30,838 nucleotides of DNA from the NCBI GenBank assembly GCA_964369305.1, contig CAYJFG010000009.1, positions 1 through 30,838 on the forward strand, read 5' to 3'. The stretch is from an uncultured Eubacteriales bacterium. GTDB taxonomy: Bacteria; Bacillota; Clostridia; Oscillospirales; Acutalibacteraceae. The notes under the pieces are model-generated. The model was not told where the DNA came from. It was given only the letters and a program-made list of their open reading frames with translations, and did no database searches. Shown here piece after piece: positions 20,801-27,567 of this stretch (position 1 is its first letter; each line of letters starts with the position of its first letter). The position numbers were made by a program, and so were the translations under genes.

Positions 20801-22775
20801 TATTACACCACAAGAAACAGTAGATGTTACAACAACAGATTTAAAAGAAGGTAACGTTATTACAGTTAGTGGTAAATACTTAGAAAAATCATTTTATGAA
20901 GTTTATGATATGGCAGGAGATTTAGTTGCAACTAAAGCAGTAGCACCAGGTGCAACAGGTTTAAATGTTCAATCTGCAGATATTACAGTTGAGGGATTAA
21001 ATGAGGGTCAATACCTAACTTATAAATTCTACAACTATGACTCAGCAGACGGCGTAAAAATTGCTGAAACATTTACTTTAAAGGTTACTCAAGGTGTTAT
21101 TCCAGAAGTTTCAGCTGATAATGCAATGGAAGCTGACTTATCAGTATCATTATTAAAAGGTACAGAAACTAATACAACGTTTGTTGTAATTGGTGCAAAT
21201 TCTTACAAATTTAGAGATGATAATGTAGACATTCCAAATGGTGATGTTACTGAAAGACTTCTTGAAAATGGAAAAACTGAATATGTTGTAAGAGATGTTG
21301 CAGGTACACTTTCAGTAATTGACGCACTTAATGATGATACTTTAGTAATGACAAAAGAACAACCAGTTTGGGAAACAGCTTACTTTATGATTACAGACGA
21401 TATGGCTAAAATAGGCGTAAACCAATGGGATGACGACGATTTAAGAGTATCAGCGTCAATTGGTAACAACACAGACGTAGGTTCAATTGTAAACACAGCA
21501 ATTACAGATGTAACACCAACAGATTTAATAGCATTTGGCACAAAATATGAACTTGACGGCAAAATTTACAAAGTTTATTATAGAGATGATGTTACAGATA
21601 TCAAATTCTATGTAAACAATTCACCAGTAAGCAGTGTTAAACTAAGCACAAGCTCTATTGCTACAATAGCACTAGAAACTACTGAAGATGAAAAACTTGT
21701 TTATATTCAAGATTATACAGCGTACGACAATACTACAGTACCATCAGAAAGCATTATTTTCAACTTACAAAACTCACTATCATTAGTTTATAGAGATACA
21801 CAAATGAGTAATATCTCTGTAGGTACTAACATGATTACAAGAACAGCAAATGTTTATACATCAGCAGATATTAGAAAATTTGCAGTTGTTGAAAGTAAAT
21901 ATAATGAATACGCATTTGACTTTACTGCAATTGCAAATGGTGAGCATTTAACAGCAGATCTTACACTTACAGCTACAGACACTGTAAGAGGTTTCTCACT
22001 AGACATACCAGTAGAACTTGAAGATCCAAGGTATGTATCACCAGCAGTACTACAAGCTATGAGCGACATTTCAATTTATGCTGTTTCAACTGAAGAGAGA
22101 ACTAGCAACGACCCATCTATTACATACGATATTTATAACAGCGGTATAACAAGCGTAGTAGCTCATAATGGTCAATATAGTGCATCTATTAGATATAACT
22201 ATGTTGCATGGGTAACAGCACCAGAATCTGTAGAGGTTGACGGTACAACTCATAACTTTGTAGGTTGGTACAATACAGTAGAAAGAATTTATGTTTCACA
22301 AGATGCTGAGTACAAATTTGTTGTAACTCAAAATACAAGTATAGTTCCAATTTACGATGATAACCCAGCGATTTCTCTATCAGTTGTTCCATATGCTTTA
22401 GTAGGTGAACCACTATACGAAACATTTGTAGACGGTGAAACTCCAAAAGTAAAAATCACATATCCTATTACTTTCTTTGCTCCAGAAAGTGCAAATATCG
22501 ATGAATATAAAGTAAGTTATCAATTAACTGGCGTAAATGATGCATATTCTCTTGACAAATTCGTAGATTATGCTACAATAAGTGAGGCGAATATAAATGC
22601 TCAAGGTAGAGTAAACTTCTCATTCACACTTTCTATATACGACACAGCTGGTAACCCTAGAGAATATTCGTTGTATTTACACCCTTATGTAAATTATAAT
22701 ACTGATAAAACAACTAAGGGAGATACTAAAGCTATAGCTAGAGCAACTACAGACGATTTCTTATTAGATTATTGA
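14853..22775 (+). CDS. Giant secreted multi-domain protein with starch-binding (CBM26-like) modules and InlB B-repeat/Flg_new-like beta-repeat domains
   Basis: Sec signal peptide; RIYF...W...YYVDVP...FIMLR and RIYLDS...W.G..M modules; repeated Y.F.GWY...A.F domains; acidic and Thr-rich; no catalytic motif, LPxTG or dockerin recognised. Confidence 0.8.
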   Translation: MIKSSKRIVSIVLSLIMIISMLTVAVLPTTAATTEVQDTGATVTFDGTERIYFGNNDDNWWFGDGSYLFVYFFGTGDAWAEMKGIGNDDNNTNTTDDGGVYYVDVPAGTWTNFIMLRRSEDYSGWNDGKEQNRTGDISIPLGVKTTGNKLDDYSQNGTGGTWSRYAVAPTGVTGEITSANIISGDGSEATPYVVPTGSTFNLQGTATFNDSNMTGVYSFTGASGTYNETNSMSITASAVEETTEYTIHAKGRFGTTDTTTSTTSKNDVIYVQTVSAGHDVTATVSPEGVGSVSVNGTPITAETPSVSVPDTETATFEATVVDGKYAFLGWYNTSGEEVSTANPYTTADTISADLTLEARFEKVGFDVSATVSPEGVGSVSVNGTPLTTETTSVGVLNTETATFEATVVDGKYAFLGWYNTSGDQVSTANPYTTADTISSDLTLEARFEKVGYDVSATVSPDGAGSVSVNDTPITTETKSVVVLNTQYATFEATVVDSNYVFIGWYNADGNKVSSASSYTTDTMISADLTLEARFAEKIGRIYIKKDWIGEGVNISLDGSADIAMEKLSDDVYTYLLDGYADTITFKSTDLAYQTTEVALTGVTSGQMFEITGGEDTAKTGAWVQGEFTVNATSASTALGTATYLASITSPTENLEVKHSTVTFTATINENFESYFLGWYDATTDALVSTDLVYQTTLTGDMDLEAKFQQKFARIYLDSNYVTNWGDNARYAHIHGDASIGGTQWTGDLMTEIGTGLHFYALKGTSNMVTFNINGNNGKQAADQTIQDGYIFTINTNNSATGNVQQNGDWTQYEYPINVTILEDGMGSYTITQPATLPADLQAMLTADKVGLKGSTVKLTAISADNDLYEFVGWFLPGVGKVADTLEYEVTVAGDVDVEARFMFKGHDASATVDQAGAGSVSVNGTEITDTTTEVRVPNGQDAVFTQVTNQGYVFAGWYTADGATLLTEEEIYTVTALATNLTVMAKYDKITYTPPTLDYSYIISQGKSVDIDGKNYYVYDKGVEIKFSSVTISGGTKQIGSNPPVGIGESTFKVYYRHTNSEGVVVDIPLTTRAQYLDMNIWDVWADTSSLPDIPVGEEITLVLKAYPTEAAYDEESYGVAPELAKVYVGYEEKYTAPTTLTYDVVFDGVNVLENGINILDANANVTFNNIQASGSTLQAYIGDNIVNGYTSTTQATDYEYDIYWKDYDVIYNPDGTLLKTAVNNTATITAQELQTAGVNVNDNDVYLYVVARAVGSAYELKSTEETAVRIIRGLEYEYTAPTRVTANPHTTANLNGRFNTNQPIDLNVNITGGTFKYVVKNADATGYVYEGAAQEYTNYTYNVYDGTTLIPNTTFNAETGLVTIPAEYTKGMVEGKKLSLSVEVVMNDDTSKKVKSTDFEITMQSPFQITYDEIAIYETENGEETYVNDTNTDNPDIIYEVDLYKNNGTYRLSIPNINGKFDHDADASTPSIQVDKLFIGVARDTGDPENPEFLINPYDTDTQGTTDLPHTISLDLDPNTLKSGETYYAFVYYVVPGDHDYGTQIRQFVFNIHENSLNDITGLTGFYDGNEITVGGASYSLDEITEGSGKGTFIFNTVYAGGTPFTDAKPNAQVDYTYTLTKDGATTIDDAYVEIDNDGNIKFNIATMVGATESTDGLPLDAGVYEFVLTATHGTQVKTSSVSFTVTGELPQFVDEHDYIEEGTDPAYPPQGPTVGEGETVTIFVSSPSNWSSKIKYGSINFEGEIPDGGAVVPGVFEDYTIVEGTLVAGEETTSSKAYYVVKIPYDKLITKDDIAIGNELTLHGEGPDIGKVWLNATFYPMRDEAELADGVLYQTTNDENDPGSVVAPYVTSFTYNNADTHTISDITNSMQLSLRAILNDDNPVYSETEYLETFYYINGVKHSTLEGVAGTDKNQTFNITDETGNLINGFQYGTNYISVTVGIDSGLAAYESRVHKVFTLVIDPQNPEITNYELGAGGMQTITPQETVDVTTTDLKEGNVITVSGKYLEKSFYEVYDMAGDLVATKAVAPGATGLNVQSADITVEGLNEGQYLTYKFYNYDSADGVKIAETFTLKVTQGVIPEVSADNAMEADLSVSLLKGTETNTTFVVIGANSYKFRDDNVDIPNGDVTERLLENGKTEYVVRDVAGTLSVIDALNDDTLVMTKEQPVWETAYFMITDDMAKIGVNQWDDDDLRVSASIGNNTDVGSIVNTAITDVTPTDLIAFGTKYELDGKIYKVYYRDDVTDIKFYVNNSPVSSVKLSTSSIATIALETTEDEKLVYIQDYTAYDNTTVPSESIIFNLQNSLSLVYRDTQMSNISVGTNMITRTANVYTSADIRKFAVVESKYNEYAFDFTAIANGEHLTADLTLTATDTVRGFSLDIPVELEDPRYVSPAVLQAMSDISIYAVSTEERTSNDPSITYDIYNSGITSVVAHNGQYSASIRYNYVAWVTAPESVEVDGTTHNFVGWYNTVERIYVSQDAEYKFVVTQNTSIVPIYDDNPAISLSVVPYALVGEPLYETFVDGETPKVKITYPITFFAPESANIDEYKVSYQLTGVNDAYSLDKFVDYATISEANINAQGRVNFSFTLSIYDTAGNPREYSLYLHPYVNYNTDKTTKGDTKAIARATTDDFLLDY
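15687..16469 (+). repeat. Three 261-bp (87-aa) tandem intragenic repeats
   Basis: Units begin GATGTT(A/T)CAGCTACAGTTTCACCAGA at 15687, 15948 and 16209; a diverged copy lies near 17571. Confidence 0.92.
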
Positions 22776-22791
22776 GTTTAAGGAGTAAATT

Positions 22792-22965
22792 ATGGAATTT
22801 AAAAGTAAAAATAGTTTTGAAATGCCTTACATTAAAATTACAAAGTTTGAAACTGAATTATTTATGGTAGAAGGTGGCGACGGTCAAGTTGAAGCAAGTA
22901 CTGTTGAATCAATCCCAGAGGCTACAGGTGCTACAGGTGGCGACGACGGCATATTCGGTGCATAA
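22792..22965 (+). CDS. Unannotated 57-aa peptide
   Basis: AAGGAG RBS, 16 bp after the giant gene's stop: MEFKSKNSFEMPYIKITKFETELFMVEGGDGQVEASTVESIPEATGATGGDDGIFGA; terminator follows. Confidence 0.85.
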   Translation: MEFKSKNSFEMPYIKITKFETELFMVEGGDGQVEASTVESIPEATGATGGDDGIFGA

Positions 22966-23001
22966 TAATTAAATTTATTCAAAAAATACAGTAATTAAAT
23001 T

Positions 23002-23041
23002 AGACTACAACATAGGTGCAAGCTTATGTTGTAGTTTTTTT
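23002..23041 (+). terminator. Intrinsic terminator
   Basis: ACTACAACATA / TATGTTGTAGT stem followed by a T-run. Confidence 0.9.
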
Positions 23042-23136
23042 GCGATGAAAACAAGTTAAAACTTAATCACTAGAAAAAAGTAACTGCATATAATGTCATA
23101 AGTAGAGATGACGAAAAGAATAGGAGATTTATTATA

Positions 23137-23325
23137 ATGAACTTACTCGACGAATTAATGGACAGTTACAAGATAAAAGCAATTCCTAAAGATTATACAG
23201 TAGCGATGGCGTATGTTCCATATCAAGAAGATAATAAAACATTTTCAGAGGAACAAGGCGTCGTTATGGGTACAATGTTCCCAGTACTTGATAAACCTTT
23301 TACAGGTTGTGGAGGCGTAAAATGA
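23137..23325 (+). CDS. cotJA: Spore coat protein CotJA
   Basis: AMAYVPYQ...GTMFPVLDKPF signature. Confidence 0.9.
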   Translation: MNLLDELMDSYKIKAIPKDYTVAMAYVPYQEDNKTFSEEQGVVMGTMFPVLDKPFTGCGGVK

Positions 23326-23588
23326 TTAAAGAACAAGAACTTTTACTAAGACAAATTATGTCAAACGATTTTGCAATTATTGATTTACATTTATACCTAG
23401 ATACACACCCAGACGATAAAGAGATATCAGAAAAATTAGAAAAGTACATTAAAAAATGTGATAAATTAAAAAAAGAGTACCAAGAAAAATACGGTCCTTT
23501 AACTAATGAAGAGTTAGACGGCAACAATTATAAATGGATACAAGACCCATGGCCATGGGATAATTCAGTAGAAAGGGAGTGTAAATAA
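23322..23588 (+). CDS. cotJB: Spore coat protein CotJB
   Basis: FAIIDLHLYLDTHP, YGPL and WIQDPWPW motifs; ATGA overlap with cotJA. Confidence 0.92.
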   Translation: MIKEQELLLRQIMSNDFAIIDLHLYLDTHPDDKEISEKLEKYIKKCDKLKKEYQEKYGPLTNEELDGNNYKWIQDPWPWDNSVERECK

Positions 23589-24202
23589 TGTGGGCTTATG
23601 AGAAAAAACTGCAATATCCAGTAAAAATTAAACAAACAAACCCAAGGCTTGCAAAAATTATAATGACACAATACGGCGGACCAGACGGCGAGTTGTCAGC
23701 GTCATTAAGCTATTTAAGCCAACGCTTTTGTATGCCATATCCAGAACTAAAGGCAATACTTACAGATATAGGAACGGAGGAGCTTGCACACCTAGAACTT
23801 GTAGGTGCAATTGTGTATCAGCTTACTAAAAATTTAACAATAGAAGAGATAAAAGAGGGCGGATACGACGCATATTTTGTTGACCACACAGCAGGAATTT
23901 ACCCTGCAAGTGCAAGTGGAACACCGTTTACAGCTTCGTACATTCAAAGTAAAGGCGACGTAATATCAGACTTGCATAATGATATGGCATCAGAACAAAA
24001 AGCACGCACAACATACGAAAATATATTGCGTTTTTGTGATGACCCAGACGTTATAGAGCCTATAAAATTTTTAAGAGAAAGAGAAGTTGTGCATTACCAA
24101 AGGTTTGGCGAGGGGTTAAGAATAGCAACAGATAAACTCGATAGTAAAAATTTCTATGCTTTTAATGCGTCTTTCGATAAATGCGACAAAAAATGCAAGT
24201 AA
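23588..24202 (+). CDS. cotJC: CotJC manganese catalase-family spore coat protein
   Basis: MWAYEKKLQYPV, QYGGPDGEL, DIGTEELAHLE and FLREREVVHYQRFGE motifs. Confidence 0.95.
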   Translation: MWAYEKKLQYPVKIKQTNPRLAKIIMTQYGGPDGELSASLSYLSQRFCMPYPELKAILTDIGTEELAHLELVGAIVYQLTKNLTIEEIKEGGYDAYFVDHTAGIYPASASGTPFTASYIQSKGDVISDLHNDMASEQKARTTYENILRFCDDPDVIEPIKFLREREVVHYQRFGEGLRIATDKLDSKNFYAFNASFDKCDKKCK

Positions 24203-24227
24203 ATTTATAAACTTCAAACAGAAAATT

Positions 24228-24282
24228 AAAAACCTGAAAATCCATAACAAGTAGTTTGTATAATGGAATTTCAGGTTTTTTT
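24228..24282. terminator. Bidirectional terminator between cotJC and the DUF1540 gene
   Basis: AAAAACCTGAAA...TTTCAGGTTTTT stem with A/T runs at both ends. Confidence 0.8.
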
Positions 24283-24311
24283 CATTAAATGAATACTAAA
24301 TCATTTAAAAA

Positions 24312-24491
24312 TTAGCAACATCCGCTTTTGCGTTGGAATGACTCGCAATCTGTACATTTATCTTCTTTAGGGTTACTGCCGTGTGTTCCAATTCTAATAG
24401 ATTGAAGTGAGCAGTAGTTTTCAGATGAATTGTGGTTAATACATTCGCTTACAGTGCAAGCAATACATTTGTTAGCATAAGAATTATTCAT
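24312..24491 (-). CDS. DUF1540 family Cys-rich small protein (59 aa, missing from the ORF track)
   Basis: GAGG RBS; MNNSYANKCIACTVSECINHNSSENYCSLQSIRIGTHGSNPKEDKCTDCESFQRKSGCC matches the I.C.V..C..H...C.L..I.IG...TDC.SF pattern. Confidence 0.88.
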   Translation of the reverse strand: MNNSYANKCIACTVSECINHNSSENYCSLQSIRIGTHGSNPKEDKCTDCESFQRKSGCC

Positions 24492-24621
24492 GTTTTTTTA
24501 CCTCGTTAAATTAAATTAGTGCATTACATTAATTACACTAATAGTATTATCTTCAAAAAATTTAAAATTATCCGTAACGAATAAAAAATTTTTACATAAA
24601 ATATAGTGAGGTGAAATAGTA

Positions 24622-24942
24622 ATGGATATTGTATCAAGAATAATATTAACAGTTTTAGCAGTTGTAGGTCTAATTGATTTGATAAAAACTTTAATACTCT
24701 TTTTTATGAAAACGGAAAAAGATAAGGAAGTTTTTATAGTAGTTCCAATACGAAAAAACGAAAGATACATAGAGATAATACTTAGACAACTTGCAACAAG
24801 GATAAAGTGGCTAGGAGGAAAAAGGATAACAAAAGTAGTGTGTCTAGACTGTCAAACAGATGAACAAACGAAAACAATATGCAGAAAAATGTGTAAGGAG
24901 TATCCTTTTATGGATTTTAAAGAAAATATCGATTTGTTGTAA
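24622..24942 (+). CDS. Hypothetical protein with an N-terminal TM helix and a short GT-A-like alpha/beta fragment
   Basis: GAGGTG RBS; hydrophobic N-terminus; FIVVPI...VVCLDC pattern. Confidence 0.7.
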   Translation: MDIVSRIILTVLAVVGLIDLIKTLILFFMKTEKDKEVFIVVPIRKNERYIEIILRQLATRIKWLGGKRITKVVCLDCQTDEQTKTICRKMCKEYPFMDFKENIDLL

Positions 24943-24960
24943 GAATTGTATATTTTTTTT

Positions 24961-25009
24961 AAAAAGTTTTTAAAAAAGTGTTGACAAACTGCTAAACATT
25001 TGTTATAAT
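24961..25009 (+). promoter_or_regulatory. Very strong stable-RNA-type sigmaA promoter
   Basis: A/T-tract UP element AAAAAGTTTTTAAAAAAGTG; TTGACA (24981)-17 bp-TATAAT (25004) with extended -10 TG. Confidence 0.9.
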
Positions 25010-25014
25010 ATAGT

Positions 25015-26602
25015 TGAACTTAAAGGAACACAGAAATTAAAAAACAAGTAAGTAGTCAGTTTATATTCACAGTTATTTGTTAGACTTATTTCAGTTTTAC
25101 CCATAGGCTTCAAGAGTGCTTTGATTTTAAAATAAGTTTCAGTTGTATTTTCGGTTTAGTATTTTAGAGATTTTGTTTTTGGTCTTAAAAGTACTACCCA
25201 GATAAAGCATTTAAGTAGTTATTGAGAGAAATTTGTTTAATGGTTTTATTTAACTGATGAGTGGAAGTTTTGCTCAAGGAATATTTGATTAAGTTTTTTA
25301 ATACTAAATTGATTTGATGTATTACCGTATTGTACATTTCCCCCAAATAATCAACTTTGTTTCTTTAAAGTTACATATAATGATAGGAGCTGAGTCCGAT
25401 GGGCGAACTAGAACCAGCAAGTTTAGAAAGCTTCGTTTTAAACAATCGGAGCAAAGGCGTTAATATTATTTACTAGTACAACTATAAAATTAGATTAGAA
25501 TACTTTATTGAGTTTTTAAAACCATAAAAGTAAAAATCAAATACAGTTTATCTGGCTTGTTAGTATTAAAAATAATCTTGATGCAATTTAAAATTGAATA
25601 GTAGGCGTTTTTAAACAAGATATTTCAAGAAGTTTCTTTTCTTGATACTAGTTAGTTTTTGAGATTTAGTATTGGTTTTATTCGTAGTAATTTATAAGCT
25701 TATAAAGTTTATTTAGCTTTCCCACATAACTTTTTAATTTTGAAGTTATTAAGATTAATATTATTCTCATAGTAGGCGATTTTAGGAATTTATTTTATAT
25801 CAGTAAGTGTCAGTTGTTATTAAGATTTTTAATTTACTTCTTTTTGGTTTTATTAGTAGAAGGTTAATTTTAATAATTTAACTAAAGATATTGTTTTACT
25901 TCTCAAAACCAGTTCTACTCAGTATCTTACCTTTTTACAAAAGTTCTTTTAAATTATAAAATTTAATTCTTTAGTACTTTCTAATATAATCAGTAAATGA
26001 GTTTTGGTATTTAATATTTTTACTTCATTTAATTTTAAAATATGTAACTTTGTAAAGTGTTATTTTTGATATTTAAAGATATACTTTACTTATATTAACA
26101 AATTTCTTATTATTTACTATAAACTTAAATTAATTATCTATGGATTTGTAAGTAGAAATTAAACCGTTAGTTTTGAAGTTGAATTTATATTTAACTTTAT
26201 TAGTAAAAATATTTTTGATATATTTATTTAATGTACTGCTCAGCAAATGAACTTTATTATCAGTATTTCGGTATATTTTCATTTGATATATAATTTAGTA
26301 TTTATATATGAGTTAAGCGTCGCAATTTTACTTTTTTAACTTAGCATAATTAAAAAACTACATTTTGATGTTATGTCATGAATATAAAAATAAATTGATA
26401 ATGGTCATTGTGTTATCAGTTATAAAGTTTTAAAAGTATTATGTATTTTTCGTTGATAGATTGTTTATTAATTACGTAAGGTATATTTTTGAAATATCAT
26501 TAATAAAGAATAGAAACTATATATTATAAAAAAATTAAGATTATGGTTGAATTTATTTAGCAAGTTGTGTATTACTTAATGTTTTACATAACTTGCTTTT
26601 TT
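25015..26602 (+). ncRNA. Candidate large structured non-coding RNA (about 1.6 kb)
   Basis: No ORF of 60 aa or more in any frame; consensus promoter before and terminator after; T>A and G>C skew; many G-U-containing hairpins. Family not recognised. Confidence 0.6.
26559..26602 (+). terminator. Intrinsic terminator closing the ORF-free transcript
   Basis: 13-bp stem AGCAAGTTGTGTA / TACATAACTTGCT followed by TTTTT. Confidence 0.85.
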
Positions 26603-26669
26603 GGGCGATAATGTTTTCTCATAAAGTTACGGCTTAAACATACTTGATAATATAAGTTTAAAATATTTC

Positions 26670-26698
26670 TTGATTTTTTATTCAAAATATGCTAAACT
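26670..26698 (+). promoter_or_regulatory. ABC operon promoter with a possible ARG box
   Basis: TTGATT-17 bp-TAAACT with TG; TGATTTTTTATTCA (26671-26684) resembles the ArgR core TGAATwwwwATTCA. Confidence 0.5.
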
Positions 26699-26760
26699 AA
26701 GTATTAAATATGAACGTTATGTTATCAATTTAAATTTTATTAAAAGAAAGGTATGACAAG

Positions 26761-27552
26761 ATGAAAAAGATTTTAATTTGTATGTTTGTAGTAATAATAG
26801 TTTTAACAATGGGAGCTTGTACTTCACAGCCAGTTGAGAAAATCGAATCTATTGAAGATTTAGCAGGAAAAACAATTGGTGTTCAATTAGGTACAACAGG
26901 TGATATTTATATAGCTGGAGATATTGAAGATGGCGTTTTCGTTGACGCAAAACTTGAAAGATTTAACAAAGGCCTTGACGCTGTTCAAGCTTTAAATACA
27001 GGTAAAATTGATGCAGTTGTAATAGACGACCAACCAGCAAAAGTATTTGTTGAGCAAAATGAAGGTTTAGAAATACTTGAAACTGCTTACGTTGAAGAAG
27101 ATTATGCAATTTGTATTGCAAAAGATAATACAGATTTAAAAGATCAATTTAACTCAACTATAGCAGAGCTTAAAGAAGACGGTACATTACAAGGTTTACT
27201 AGATTACTATATCGAGGGTAAAGAGGGTTCAAAACCTTATGAGTCACCAGAAGGTATAGAGTATGATGGAACATTAACAATGGCTACAAATGCTGAGTTC
27301 CCTCCATATGAATATCACGAAGGTGGAGAGATTATTGGACTAGACGTTGACTTTGCACGAGCAATTTGCGATAAACTAGGTAAAGAACTTGTAATTGAAG
27401 ATATGAACTTTGATTCAATAATAGCAGCTGTTCAAACAGGTAAAGCTGATTTTGGTGCAGCTGGTTTGACAGTTGATGAAGAGAGATTACAGTCAATTGA
27501 CTTTACAGACACATACTGCCAAGGTATTCAAGTTGTAATAGTTAAAAAATAA
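26761..27552 (+). CDS. Polar amino-acid ABC transporter substrate-binding lipoprotein (SBP family 3)
   Basis: Lipobox-like MGAC; GKTIGVQLGTTG, GKIDAVVID, ATNAEFPPYEY and FDSIIAAV motifs. Confidence 0.92.
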   Translation: MKKILICMFVVIIVLTMGACTSQPVEKIESIEDLAGKTIGVQLGTTGDIYIAGDIEDGVFVDAKLERFNKGLDAVQALNTGKIDAVVIDDQPAKVFVEQNEGLEILETAYVEEDYAICIAKDNTDLKDQFNSTIAELKEDGTLQGLLDYYIEGKEGSKPYESPEGIEYDGTLTMATNAEFPPYEYHEGGEIIGLDVDFARAICDKLGKELVIEDMNFDSIIAAVQTGKADFGAAGLTVDEERLQSIDFTDTYCQGIQVVIVKK

Positions 27553-27567
27553 TGGATTGAAAGAATT

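Noticed and set aside
15308..22446. Minus-strand ORFs inside the giant gene
   Set aside because: Antisense shadows of a biased, repetitive coding strand, with no family features.
25254..25280. Hammerhead ribozyme at CTGATGAG
   Set aside because: No GAAA follows a stem II, and no plausible stem I/III or cleavage triplet was found.
25383..25462. TPP, c-di-AMP or T-box riboswitch (GCTGAG/GCTGAGTCC words)
   Set aside because: The remaining consensus elements (CUGAU for TPP; GGGG..AAU and CCCGAA for ydaO; GGTGG.ACC for T-box) are absent, and the next gene is over 1.2 kb away with its own candidate promoter.
24943..26760. Replication origin, or rRNA/tRNA locus
   Set aside because: No TTATCCACA DnaA-box cluster, rRNA signature or tRNA cloverleaf was recognised.
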